Positions 1-13,696 of a stretch of 64,000 nt of DNA are shown here, piece by piece. Location of the stretch: the NCBI GenBank assembly GCA_047495785.1, contig JBLDXI010000009.1, positions 4,092,001 through 4,156,000 on the forward strand, in the 5' to 3' direction. Below the pieces are notes generated by a model. It did no database searches. It saw only the letters and a list, made by a program, of their open reading frames with translations, and had not been told where the DNA came from. A program made the translations under genes and the position numbers. How positions within the stretch are numbered: the first letter of the stretch is position 1; every line of letters begins with the position of its first letter. The stretch comes from Lepidodermella squamata. Lineage: Eukaryota; Animalia; Gastrotricha.

Positions 1-795
1 CAAAAACGCGAGCGTCTCGCTGCAAAACTGGCTATTATCATCCATGCATCTGCTCGTTTTTGTTGTTTTAAAAACAACACGCGAACAAAAATTGACAGTT
101 TTAAGGCAGTTCATTTATTTTTGTTGCGCGCGTCAAAAGCTGCCGAAAATTGTCACCTTTTGCGCGAGACGCGTGTTCAGCTTTTGTTTAGCCACTTACT
201 TACCTGAGTTTGTGTATGTTGACGTTGTTGTTGACGTCGCGCGCGCTCGTTTGAACTAAACTAGCAACATCAAGGGCGAAACACCTGCTGTCGACGCTCC
301 GATCTCAAGAGTTGACGCCTTTCGTCGTCACTCACTGCTTTACAGACCCGGCTTTTTATTGCCGCCCTGCTTGCTGCTTCTCAAGTGTACGCTGCTGCGC
401 GCATGATGTCTCGATTTCAATTTATTATATTTACTATTATCACTTTGGCTCATCTCATCATACTGCGTTCGTTTTGCACTCTCGTGTTGTCAAGCTAATT
501 GATGCAACAAAATAGCCGGCGGCGCGGCACAGGTAGAATAGTACCCTATTACTTATTACTACTACTACTACTCTCCATTTAGTACCTACCCCCTCTGCAT
601 AATTATTTTCATTAAAAAGACACGTGCGCACTAAATTAGATGATGATATTTTCCTCATTTTCTCTATAGAAAATTTATATTAAATCAATTTATCAAAAAA
701 TAACCGCCGCATGGGAGTTGCCGTCCCGCACTGATCCGGATTTTTCGTCGATTATAAACACAAAACATCATCATTGTCAGTTCAATTTTTGAAAC

Positions 796-3700
796 ATGCT
801 GGCCTCTTCCATGTCTTTATTGCTATTATCATCGTTAATTGTTACGACGAGCTACGTCGCGTCAAGTGGCGCGTCGACGGCGTGTTCGACATGTTTCTGC
901 TCCGGGTCGGAGATCTACTGCCAGGAGAAGCGACTTCCGGCCATCCCCGCCGACCTGCCAAGCTCGATAACAACGCTCAATATGAAAGGTAATACTTACT
1001 TGATAAAGTTTCCATATATTTCGCGTTAGGCTATATCATTAACCACTCGTAGTTTCTAATCCATTGTCAGTTATTTTTTGCCGACACCGCGGCAAATATT
1101 TGCCCACGATCTCGTGTGTTGTACGCGGTATAATAACTTCCGTTTTAGTGCTTTTAATTATTATTATTATTGCTGCAGCGCGCTCGCCAGAAAAAAAAAT
1201 ATGATGCCGTAAATTTTATTACGCAGTCATTAATCATTAAGGTGGACTTTTTTGCACCCGCGCGTGCGCTCTCTCTCTCGCCGGAAAAGGTGCCCGATGC
1301 CGGTTGTTATTATTTGCGCACCGTTTTAAGGGTGTCTTAATGAAAAGACAACACACTTATATAGCGGTTTTGTTTGGCGCAAACACGGCCAACGATACAA
1401 ACGGGCAGATGGCCGCGGCACGTCGCACCTGTTTGCCGAACAGGGCCACTGGGCTGCTGCATCTGCCTACCTGTGCTGGCTGCGAGGCCGGAAGAGGTGA
1501 GAAAGGCGACGCGTGATGACCCGGTTGTGACATCGATCCAAGCCGGGCCGGAAAAAGCGCCGCGCTGCCGTTGCGCAACCGCCATTAAGGCGGCGGTGTG
1601 AGGCCCGCTTTCGTCTTTGTGGCGCAACTAATTACTGAGGCTATAGCCGTTTTTTGTCACACATGACCGCGCGCCGACGAGGCGTAACTAGTTGCTTATT
1701 TATTAGTTATATGTTACAAGCAAAGCAGCTCGAGTCGGCAACCCTGGCGAGCGATGGCCTTTTCGCAGACGTTTATCACCGGCCGTGATCTGGCGCGGGT
1801 GCAACCGCTGTTTTGTGTTGGTTCCACCTGATGCGCTGCTATTAGGGCGTGTCCGCAATAATCGCGTGGGGGCCCACTCACTTTCTTAGCAACCGGTCAA
1901 GCGTGTCTGTTTCTTATCATTATCATTTGAAAAGCTGCAACATGTACGCACGCAATGATTGAATTATAATATAACGAGATGTGTTGTGAAAACAGTCTTG
2001 AGGGCGCGGATTGATTTCACCTTTTGGCCGTTGCGCCGTGTATTTGAGATGGAAAAATAACAAAAATAGCCGCGGCTAAATGTGAGTAAACGCTGCCACG
2101 CCCATCAAAAATAACGAGCGGCGACAAGGCTGTGAAAATCTGAGAGATTGCCCAGCGTTTTCTTACGTGTTTACGTGATCTGAATAAATAATATATATAT
2201 ATATATATATCGGAGCAAAAATGCGCTTCGAGGGCATTTTGCTGCTGCTGTTGTAATTGTTGCGGCGCGGCTGTTATCGCATTTCGATTTATCGCCCGCG
2301 CTATTTTTAAGGTGGGCCGTAACTAAACATTTGAGCGCGAACGAGGCTAGAATTAATAATATAATATCTTTCGAGGCGTGTTATTCTAACACAACGTAGC
2401 AATTCTGATTAACAATGCGCAGGAAAAATAGCAAAGGAAAATGTATCAAACGCGGGAAAATAAAAAAATTGAGAAAAATAGCCGAAAAATATTCGAATTA
2501 TTGATTATTTTATTGAATTTCTCAAGTGCTAATGTGTTATATTTTTCGTTCAACAGGAAATCAATTTGAAATTCGAACGCTGTTCCGGAGTAATTTTACA
2601 AAATTCACGCGGCTGACGCATTTGACGCTGGCGAAATGCGGCCTCGAGCTGATTCACGCGGACGCGTTCGCCGATATGAAGGCGCTAACGCAACTCGACC
2701 TGTCGTCGAACCGCCTGCTAATCATCGAAGACGGCACGTTCGCCGGCCTCAACCTGCAAAATCTCTTCTTACACTACAACCTCGGCCTTTTCCTGTCAGA
2801 ACGCGCGTTCATCAACGCATCGATTCGGCACCTATCAATGCGGCATTGCGGCCTGTACGGCATTGAGCCTAGCGTATTAGCACCGCTGTCTGACAGCCTC
2901 GAAGACCTCCTGCTAGACAAGAACAAATTGACGAGTTTAGACGAGGCCATTTTCGCGCCTGGATTTCCGAAATTGAAATCGCTATCACTCGGCGGAAATC
3001 CGTGGCATTGTTCGTGTGAATTAAGGTGGCTGAAGGCATTTCACGCCCGAAATCGGACCATGTTCATCCAGGAAGACCTGGCCTGCGCGACGCCGGATAT
3101 CGTGTCCCATTTCTACTTCTCCGCACTTCACCTCGCCGATTTCGAATGCCAGGCGCCGTTATTTGAAGACATTTCCATCATTTTCCACGCAGAACGCGCC
3201 GAATTGTCGTGTACAGTCAGCTCAGAGGCGGCGACTTCGGTTAGCTGGCTAACGCCGGGCGGAACGCGCCACGTCTACCAGTCGGGTGCGCCGCAGGTCA
3301 GCAGCGACGGGACAACGGTTGACCGGCGCCGGGTGACTACAGCTAAACTAGTCGTTGCCCGGCCGCCGTTTGTACAGCCAACAGCCGAGGGTGAAATTTC
3401 GCTGAAACAACGCCAAACGTACAAATGCATCGCTGGCAATTTGATTGGAAATGTTTCGACGTCGATCGACGTTGTCTGGCCGCCACCGGTTCGCGTTCAC
3501 CAGTCTGCGCCGCAAAAGTCGAATCTAGCGCAAAATATGACCGATCTACTGATGTTAGGCTCGAACCCGGCGATTTGCGTCGATACAATGGCGATAATTG
3601 GCGCGATAGTTGGGACATTCGCGTTTACTCTAATCGCGATTTTAATTACGTTGTTAGTCACGCGCAAGATCAGGTCGTGTTTAAGGCGGCGGAATTCGGC

Positions 3701-4124
3701 GAATTCGTTCCTGCACCGTCGTCCTAGCAACGCGCCGTGCTGGGGCCCGGTGATGACTGCGGGCAAGCTGACCGGCAGTTTGCGGCCGAACAGCGCCGGG
3801 CCGAACGGCGCCGCGACGCCGCTGGTCCTCAACACGTCGAGCGGGTCGTCGTCTTCGAGCCGGCAAAGCGCATCGGGTGGGAATATATCGAACCCGAACG
3901 GCACGCTGGGCAATGGGAATAGTAATTTCATCTATCATCCTGGTCACACGTTCGCGCCGGCGAATAATTTAGAGGAGTTGTCGAATTTCATCGAAGCAGC
4001 GTCGTCGTCGCCGGGCAGCAGCGGCGAGCGGCCGATGTTGGCTATTCAAGGCTCGTCGAGCGGCTTCACTTACCACGCGCCAGCGCACAAGCAAATGCAG
4101 GTTTCGCTAAATCACCGGCGGTGA
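796..4124 (+). CDS. LRR + Ig single-pass membrane protein (Kekkon/LIG-family-like); exons 796-988 and 2557-4124
   Basis: Signal peptide, LRRNT (CSTCFC..C), phase-1 GT-AG intron joining ...NMKG|NQFEIRTL, several LxxLxLxxN repeats, LRRCT (GGNPWHCSCELRWL), Ig domain (LSC...W...YKCIAGNLIG), TM helix (AIIGAIVGTFAFTLIAILITLLV) and Ser/Gly-rich tail. Confidence 0.85.
2188..2210. repeat. (TA)n microsatellite in the LRR gene intron
   Basis: About 11 TA units read directly. Confidence 0.85.
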
Positions 4125-5249
4125 AAAAAAATCCTCCTTAAATAAATTTTTTTATATTTTTTTCTTTTCGTTCTCCTTTCTTGTTGATTTCTCTTGTGTA
4201 AATAATAATCATCATCATTTGAGCACACCTCGAAATAATCTGGTGATATAAGAATCAAGTCGCCGTCGTCGGCGAGACATTTGAAATGTTGCCGTGGGAG
4301 CGCTCTTGTTGTTGTTTTGACGGCGGTTGCGCGTTAAAGGTCACGAAAATCTGCGCCGAGTCACGTTCTGCGCGCAAAACGGCCGGATGCGGAGATTAAA
4401 CGCGTCCGGTTCCAATCTTCAGCAAGAGTGCGCGCATGGTGTCGACGGCTTGAGTGGTCTCTCTCTCCCTCTCAAAATCCGTGTCTCACACTATATCATT
4501 GCAATTCATGAATAATGAAAATATAAGCTAAATTATTCCTTATGATGATGATAGTAGTTGCAGCAATTGTATCGCACACTTCGACAATCAAGAAATGTAC
4601 GGCTATGCAAATTTTATAGTAGATTATCGTTGCGCAACCTCGTCAACAGACCTCAACAGATGCCAATTCATTAGGAATTCAAATAACCGCAAAACTCGTA
4701 AATTTAATGACCCTGAATAATAACTGCTGTCTTGTGTAATACCTAGAGCACGCCAAACTTTTTCATCATCATCATCGTCACTCACGAAGATTTTTTTTCT
4801 ATGCGGTTTTAACGAAAGAAAACAACGTCTTTTTCATGGTATTACTATTGAAAAAAATTGCAGCGCCAATACCGCACAAGTATTTTTTCTTTCTTTGCCT
4901 GCCTGCGAATTTGATTCAATTCGAATTGATTTCTTGTATAAATGGGATGTTCTCTAAAATAACATTGCGTAATATTACGTTTCAGCTTGAACGTGTTGTA
5001 AACTGCGAAAAAATATCAATCGTTGAAAATGCAAAGATTTATTGATGAAAAAAATATGTGGGATTTTCTTTTTTTCGTTACAAAATATTGGTTTGAAAAA
5101 ATCTATATACAATACGTGTATGTCTTTTTTTACTTTGAGGTTGAAAAAAACTGAGGACGCAATAATGTTTGAATGAACTGAAATTTGAAAAAATGTAGAG
5201 AAAAAAATAAATAAAATGAATCGATTTGACAAATGACCGGGTTTTGTTT

Positions 5250-6930
5250 TCAATTATGTTGGCTATTTTCGGGCAGAAATAGTGCCATCGATATCGAGAC
5301 ACTGATCAGGTGTAATAGGCCGAAAATTCGGTCAAGTGCCCGGCTGATTATCTGCCATTCGCCGTTGATTTCGCTACGAACATCGCCGAGAAGTGCTATC
5401 TTCGCGAGAAAATCAGCGAAAATCTTGAAATTATTGCATGCAGCTATATTGGAAAATTGATCGAGGTACAATTAGCCCACCTTGAGTGCTGACTGAGATG
5501 ACGGACGATGAGTACTAAAATATAGCTGTGTGGTGAACGAACTCAGAAAAACCGCTATTATTCCCGAGACGAAATGATAAAAATAGAAGCATCCTGAACG
5601 AGAAAAACTTCGGGGGATCCTTTCATTACAATTGAAAAACTTTACCTAGGAGAGGAAGCATTGTCGAGTCGAATGCAGCAGTGTGCATTAATAGAACAAG
5701 GAGCATGAAAAAAGCACACGAACAAGCGAGAGCCGCGTGAATTTTAACCGGCGATTCTGGCGGAAGGATGAAAGCTGAAAGTTGAAGCAAAGCCAACAGA
5801 ACGCTCGAGTAGATGAAAACGAAAAGGCTTATCGTCGATGGATGGTCCGTGATATCTGTTTTGCCAAATGCAATTGGTGAACGATTACATTCCCAGCTTA
5901 CCTAAGATGAAGGTTAGCCCTGGTAAAGGCTCGTTACAAGGGTCGCAGTCGGCAAAATACACAGTCAGATGCTTGAAAGCTTCGTTTCGAACAAGTTCCC
6001 ATTCAGATCTGTGTTGGTAGTAGGTCTCTACGTCTATACTCGCCTTGCCGTTCAAAAAATCAATGTCCAACTGCTTGCTGCTGTAGTCCCAAGTGCTGAA
6101 CGTCAACGAGCAGTGATGTTTGACGTGAGCTAGTGGAAACTTCCTTTTTAGATCGAATTTTTGTTGTCCCTTAACTTACGAAAATTGCGGGTGCCTGACG
6201 TACATTTGGCTCTGAGAATTTCAAATGGAGCCCAGGTAACATTTCCATCGTAGTAGGCTGTAGCAGATGACTTCTCAAGATCTTGAGACTGGCTTGCGAC
6301 CCTGTAAAGAACAAAAATATCTGCGAGAATTTTAATGCCCAACAAACATCTCTTGAAGGACGAGATCAGGCTTCCTGGAAAGCGCAAAGTTAGGTAGAAT
6401 AATTGAGGGTAATAAAGTATAATACCATATAACGCTGACTGGTATCAGGACCTGGTTGATTCCACTGAATTCAATTTTATTATCCCAGGCCAAGAACGGA
6501 TCTTTCCACCTCTACATAAATGCAAGTCAGTAAGATTTCAAGTCAGAAAACCCTCAACGCGTTCGCTTATACATAACTTCGCCGAACGTGAGCATTCAAA
6601 ACTTGGGTCCTATCATCTATGTCGATGATTCGCACGAGAGAGAGACCGAATGTCACATGGACTGTTTCAGTTCTAAAATGAGAGCAAGTTTCAAGTCCGA
6701 ATATAGCTTAGTGTATCGCTCCAACCTGGCCTGAACTGGTCTGCTATGCGTGCCAATTTGTGTGTAAAATTCTGTAAGCCGATAAACCAACCGATTCTCA
6801 TCAGATAGTGGAGTTGCATCTATGAGTGAAAGATGATACATAAACTACATCGATGTTAGTCAAACTTACCCAAGATATTGGCCAGAGTTGTTAAAAAGTA
6901 GATTAAATTTACAAGATCAAAACGAGCCAT
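5250..6930 (-). CDS. Divergent nAChR-family (Cys-loop) subunit A, non-alpha type, multi-exon
   Basis: Spliced reading gives signal peptide, WKPDLVLQE, Cys-loop CTSGTRNFPHVKHHC, FSTWDY, loop C YFADCDPCNEPLP, M1-M2 FILPPESPVKIH, a very short M3-M4 loop and M4 EWQIISRALDRIF. Confidence 0.85.
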
Positions 6931-7207
6931 GGAATATCTGCAGCTTAACACCCTCAGCGAGAAACATAATATAACGTTCTCAACCTGTGCTCATCCCATT
7001 TTTTATTACAACGGCCAACCACAGTTCTGCAATAAATCAAGGGGCTGCGAGAGTAATGACCGCTTTACTGCCAGCAACATGCTACACCTTGTTTTCATAG
7101 TCGGGCCGCATTTGTTGATTCGCAAGGCAAAAAAAATGATATAACACCAAAAGATCGCACTTTATTGCGTAATGATGGAGTGCCCAAATAAGCAAGCGTC
7201 AAAACTG

Positions 7208-9094
7208 TTAGTAGGTCATGGCGGTACCATTAGGATTACGGAATCCTTCATTCAAATCACTAGGAGGCCTCGGGAACAGTACTGCCAGCGAGACAATCAG
7301 ATTAACAATGTAAATGCACAGGAAGATGCGATCGAGAGCCCAGCTTATGATTTGCCACTCCAACACCCCTCTCTGCACTTTGTCTTTCAACTTTGTCCGT
7401 TTGACCAAACTTGCGACAACTTTTCTTGTTTCTGAGCTTGATTCATCGTCTGTGGATTTGTTCCGAGCCGTGACGACTAGGGGCACCTCTTCTTTAGCCA
7501 AGCTCCTAGTGGACGGACTGGAGTTGCCTAGCATCTCGTCGATGGACTCAGGTATCCAGATACATAATCCTTTCGCGACTATTTCGACCATAATCTGTTA
7601 AAACAGAACAAGCTAAAGTAGAACTTGGCAAGTAAAAGTTGGAACCTTTTTAAGCCAAGGATTCGGAGCATTTCGCTTATCTGCCCGGTAGTGCACAGCG
7701 ACCACCACTGACGCAGCGAGTGTAACAATCATGGACACCACAATGTTGTAGCAGAAATAGATTCCTGTTAGATACATAAAAAGCTAACCAGTGAAGATCT
7801 ACAAGGGCAATATCTACCGATAGATGACAGACGGCGCGACGCAGCCGGCGAAAGATTCTTTAGTGTGAACAGTAGAAGGACGAATCCAACGAAGCTAGTG
7901 AGGCCCACGTGAATCTTGGCCGGAGATTCAGGCGGTAGGATAAATACTGCCATTGTTAAAAGAGCGAGCAAAACACTGGGAAGAACTAGAATGTGACTCA
8001 GTATGGAAGCTTTACGCCTTAATTCTGCCATGATAGAAATACAATTTCGGTCGGCTTTGATATGTCTCATTGCTTACTTATTGAATATGTCAAATCTGGA
8101 TAAGGGTTATTAGGACAGCATTCGTAGATTTGAACGTTCTTCTGAGCCTCGTAACTGACGATGGACCATACAGGGGAGTCGATGTATTCGTCAACGATGA
8201 CAAACTGCTTGTCCTCCACAAAGTACAAGTCCATTTCGTGAAGGTTGTAATTCCACGATACAAATTTCAAGAAAAAAGTGATCTCATCGAATGCTATTTG
8301 GAGAAAATGACTTTTGCCGCAAAGGGAACGTTCAAAGCTCACGAAAATCAGTCACATCGATATCGACAGATGTCCTAAGGGTCGCTGAAGACACCCACGT
8401 AACTGTTCCATCGATTTGGACATTCGCTAGTTGCTCGGCATCAGAAACCTTCTGCTCAGCGCTTAAATCAATTTGATTTACAATGCCCATAAGGCAATTA
8501 GAAGGAGGTCTTACTAGTTTTGTAAGATAATATTAGGTCGCCTGAAAATCAGCATTTAGAACTTGGGTTATAGTTCAGAAATACCTCTTACCAAATCGTC
8601 TTGATCGGCAATTGCACGTGCTGTACAGTACCGAAGCCCATGCCATTCCATTCAAGGTATGGATTGTGCCATCTCTATTTTTCAAATAGATAAAAATTAA
8701 AGGGATTCCAGAAAAGTAATAGTTACGTATTTCCTCCAGACATGAGTTGCAATGATCTGATTTTCTTCGTCCACATCGAGGATTTGAATCAACGACAGGC
8801 CGAATTCAACACGCATGGTTTCATGGCTAAATTCGGGGAAATATTATAACCTGTTCAGAACTAAGAGGTGTTTTAAGTAAACATACTCTCCCCTAACGGG
8901 TCTTCCATACAAGCCATTTTCTGTGTAATTGGCAGTGATGTATTTGACTATTCGTTGCTCGTTGTTTGACGCAGACACCGCTAGAAATATTGATAATTTG
9001 AATGGACAAAAGGAAATTTCAGGAATTTACCAGAGATAAGGGAAGTAATCACTGCAGTTGAAACTAAGAAGATCATTCGAGGCAGTAACATCAT
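7208..9094 (-). CDS. Divergent nAChR-family subunit B; alpha-type loop C but no Cys-loop cysteines
   Basis: Exons encode SNNEQRIVKYI, FGLSLIQILDVDEENQI, WRPNIILQN, RTSVDIDVTDFPFDEITFFLKFVSWNY, YECCPNNPYPD, FILPPESPAKIH and EWQIISWALDRIF. Confidence 0.88.
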
Positions 9095-9533
9095 TTCAGC
9101 GCCTTAATCTGTGACACTGGTCCGTTTTGATTGTCTTGTTTTTGACGTGTGAAACAAGGCGAAAAGCCAGTGCTGCTGTCTGCACATTGCTTTTTGCATA
9201 ATAATAATTCCATCTCGCTCTCAATTTTGAAGTTGTCCCGCGCGCTCAGCCCGGCAGCGTATTCATTCTTTTGACGAGATAATAGACAAGGCCTAGTTCT
9301 TCACTCCACCCAGAAAAGTAGACGCACTATTGTTACGCAGGTGACGGATGAAAGACCCCTTAAGTTTGATGGGCACTGTGCGATACTCCAAATTGCAGCC
9401 CTTGTAAAGTGGGCTGAAATTACAACAGCGGCGCGGCTAACAATAGAAGAAAATAAGCGGTTATAAGCCAAAATGTTTATTCTGAAGGTAGCTGTTTAAT
9501 AAAATGAGCTCAATGCAACAATTCGTGAGTCAT

Positions 9534-11326
9534 TCAGATTTCGGAGTAAAAGGGAGGAAGCGGCATGAGGCAGATCATTGAAATAGCCATATTGATAACG
9601 TATAAAACCAGAAATATCCGGTTGAAGGCGATGCTAATCACTCGCCACTCCGTGATGCCCTGTAGGAAACGTTGTTTTGACCTCAAATTGTCGAGAAATA
9701 CTCGGCTGAATCGCTGCATTTCTGGCTCCGAAGCTTCCAGGGTGGCTCTTGGCCTGGGAACCGGCCGGCCAGGAATTATACTCGCCGAGCTGCTGCATCG
9801 CGAAGGCCCAGACGGGTAGAGCATTGTCTCAGGCATGTGAACAAACAAACTCTTAGCCGCAACCTCGATCATAATCTAAATCGAGAATGAAGAAAGATTG
9901 TTTTATTCAAGTGTTTTTACCTTTTTGATCCAGTGCGGAGGTGGTTCTCTCTTATCAGCTCTGTAATGAACATTGACGACAAAAGCGCAGGCAAAAGTTG
10001 CAATCAGCGAGACAGACATGTTGTAGAGGTACCAAATAGCTGGGAAATGTGTTTGAAAGGTTTATATTCGATGCTTGCACAATAAACATACCTAGCTTCG
10101 GAAGGCGATTATCAATTGAAGATGGAGCAAGTTCCCTCAGCAGCAAGAACTCGAAGAAGAATGCTACGAATGAAAAGATTCCCAGATGGATTTTCGCAGG
10201 TGATTCAGGCGGTAAAATGAACATCGCGACGGAGAAAACCGAAACAAAAATTGCTGGTGAAATCACCAAGTGCCTGTAGAACAAGTCGTTGCGACGTATT
10301 TCTAAGCAGGAACGTTAAACTTGATTATAGATAGTCATGAAATAATTATCTTACTGAGGTGAAATGAAAGAACAGGGTAAGGTTCAGGGCAACAGGCGTA
10401 AAACTGAGTATCCTTCTCAGCCCAGTTCGAAACTATATTCCAGTCCGGCGATTGAACGTATTGAGTTAGATCGAACTGTTTGCTTGTTAGAACTGGGTCC
10501 ATATAGTGGCCGTGATAGACCCATGATCCGAATCTTAATGAGCAGATCTGTTCATCGTAAGCTGGAGACAAAATATTTTAAATTACAACAATGATCAATA
10601 AAGTGACACATACGAAAGTTGGTAGCGTTAACGCCACAGGAAGCTTTGATAATCGAAGGTGGAATCCACAGCACTGTTCCATCACTGTAAACTATGGCTT
10701 TAGCGTCAACATTAGTCGCCATTTCTCCAACGCTTTCCAAGCATGGCACAAAAATCGTTAAATTGTCACTTCTTTCCTGCTAAACAACTTACGTGTTGTA
10801 CATTACTATGTCTGGTTTCCTAAAAAAGCAGAGTGAGAAGCTTTCGAAGGAGATTAAAATATCTCACCAAATGGCGCTGACTGGCAATTGAAGTTCCTTA
10901 ATACCACCAAACTCTCGATCGTTCCAAGCCAAGAAAGGATCAAGCCATTGCTGACCAGAAATTTAATTCATTATCTGAGACTTAATAGGGAGTAACTTAC
11001 GTATTTATGCCACACCGAAAGTGTGACAATGTGATTTTTCTCGTCAAGTTCCATGATCCGAACAAGCGTGATGCCGTATTCGATTTTAATGGTGTCATTC
11101 CTGCGGAATGCTGTTATAAACAAATCCGAAAATCGTTAAAAAACTCACTGTGTTTTTACTGGTCTGCTTAAAGATGAATAATCTTTCGTTAAATGTTGAA
11201 GAAGTCTCTTCTCATCGGATACAGCATATGATCCTAGGGTGACAAAGGCCACTAGAAAAGCAATGCCAATAATCCCTAAAACTTACCAGCGATCAGCCCA
11301 AGGATAAGTGCGAAATATGCGAGCAT
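9534..11326 (-). CDS. nAChR-family alpha subunit C, predicted anion-selective (PPESPAK)
   Basis: WKPDIVMYN, Cys-loop CGVNATNFPYDEQIC, FGSWVY, YACCPEPYP, FILPPESPAKIH, EWRVISIAFNRIF. Confidence 0.9.
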
Positions 11327-11881
11327 GATAACCTGATATTTATTTGCCTGTTTTAGATACAAAAACCACAACTGATCTCGATATTACTCAAGAAGTGCGC
11401 GGGAGCTGTTTTCATTAGATACAAGGATGTTTTTCGAGATATCGCTAACATTTATCATATTCTAATAGCCAGCGAGTTTGAGCTGCGCGATATAGCGAAT
11501 CATTCACAGAGAAAAAAGCGTTGCGAAGCTACACCGCTAATGACGATACGGCGATCGGTGCAGCGCCGATCTCGTAAAATGTGATTATTAAGCTATTACT
11601 GACAGATTTCGCCCGAGGGTGGAAGAATTGCTGCAATTCTCTCACCAACGCCCGCCGACTCAAACGCAAAATATGCATAGGCGTTACATTTGTAACCCGC
11701 ATGTGAATCTGGCGGAAACCACCGCGCATAAACACCAGCATCCTCATTTTTTGATCGGTACAAATAGATGAAAGAATCCACCCACCAACATATTTATTAT
11801 GATATTGCTACTTTTACAGGTTATGCATCACTTGGTAAAAAACAGGGGAAATTGATATGGAGTTTCGATGCGAAATCAGGC

Positions 11882-13696
11882 TCAAAAGCCGAAAAATAAA
11901 ACTAGGACTAGCATAGTCCCAGACATAATTGTGTAAATAAAGTAAGCTGCAAAAAAGAAACGATTCAGTGTAGCGCCGATTATTTTCCATTCCATCACAC
12001 TTCGGTGTCGGTCTTCCTTCGACTTCATAGATTGAAGAATGGCTTTACTGACTGCGCGTAGGTCTCTAGCGACGGCTATTTCCGCAGGTTTAGACCTCTC
12101 CATCAAAGGAGTCTCAGAACCAGGGCGGTTGTGTGGGCTCAAAAATTGATACTCCTGCTCTGGCTCCAGATGTTGCGGCATTGAGACGCAGAAAAGCTTC
12201 GCGAGACCTCCAACAACAATCTACAAATGCAGAGTACTTGAATTAACCGAAAGTTTCAATTTCAAGGCTTACAATTCGAAGACAGATGGATGGAGGATTG
12301 CGTTTATCCGCCCGGAAATGAACATTGACGACGATGGAGCAAGCAATCGTTGAGATCAATGCCGCGATCATATGATGCAAGTAGAAATACCCTGAAAGAA
12401 TACGTTTTTAATTTGGATTAAGTATTCTTTCAGAAAATCACCTATAAAAGGCAGCCATTCGAATGAGAGAGAGAGAGTTTCACCCAAGCTCAACAGCAAA
12501 CAGAGAAATCCGACGAAAGTCCCAGCCCCTATGAGGCTTTTTGCAGTAGATTCCGGCGGTAAGATGAACATGGACATTGCCAGAATCGGTAGAAGCAGCG
12601 CCGGTAATACCTTTGTGAACGAATGCTTGTTGTATAAATGCTTCAGTTCTGCAAAACGTGATTTACATTCTCGAAGCGAAAATTAATTAAGGTAGGCCTT
12701 ACTCAAAGTGTAAATGACGTCCGGATATAAAAGGCTCGATTTTGTTACACGATTCAGCGTGATGGCCCATTCATTCGCTTGGACGGCGTTGAGATTGCTG
12801 ATATCCATCGACTCCACGTTGTCTTTAAGAACTAATTCAACTTCGCTGCTACGATAAGACCATGTGGTGAATTTGAAGAAGCAGGTGTACTCATTGTAAG
12901 CTAGTTAAAAATTCAACTGAAAGATGATCAAAGGCACTGTAAGGAGAAATTTGCATACGAAAATTCCTCGAATCCGTTTTGCACGATGCTCGCAGTGTTT
13001 CAGGAAAAACCCAAGTTACATTACCATCCGATGTAACAGTCAGAGGAACTTGGCCAAGAGTCTCGGTTCTACCCGCTCTGGAAGTATTTGTTTTCGAAGG
13101 ATTAATTAATGACATGTTTTGATTACTTATCAGTCAGACAGGTTACGTCGGGTGTCCTAGGAAGGAAATTCGAATAAATAACGAAACTAAAATGGTCTTC
13201 AATTTACCATATCTTCTCAGCAGGCAATCGTATCTCTGCAATCCCATCGGAATCATTGGAGCTCCATACCATCAAAGGATCATTCCATTTCTGTTAAGCA
13301 AATATTACAAGGCTATTCAAAAATAAAAAAATATGCTCTAACCATGTGGCGCCAGGCATTGACCTCCAGCGCTTGATGTCGCTCATCAAGATTTAATATT
13401 TTTGTCAACCATATGCCTATCTCAATTACAACTTTCGAGCCTCTGTGTTGATGCGTTACGTCATAAATTAGGAGTTCGGCTTTATTTTCGTTTTTTACCT
13501 ATCTTTAACAGGGCGGCTCTCTTTGGAATAGTTGTTGGTTAGGAAATTAATCAGTCGTTGATCCTCGAGTGTTTCGCCATTTTTCCCTAATTTCAAACCG
13601 TTCATAAATTTAAAGTGAATAACGCAAAAACGTACCCAGGCAGCAATTTCTCATGCATAGCGAATATAAAATGAATAGTGTTACAAGGCTCACCAT
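11882..13696 (-). CDS. Divergent nAChR-family non-alpha subunit D
   Basis: Signal peptide MVSLVTLFILYSL, SRPVKD, WTPDVTC, Cys-loop CKTDSRNFPYNEYTC, FTTWSY, loop C without CC, FILPPESTAKS, EWKIIGATLNRFF. Confidence 0.85.

Noticed and set aside
1304-1627. Overlapping short ORFs in the LRR gene intron
   Set aside because: GC-rich non-coding patch with no recognisable domains or splice support
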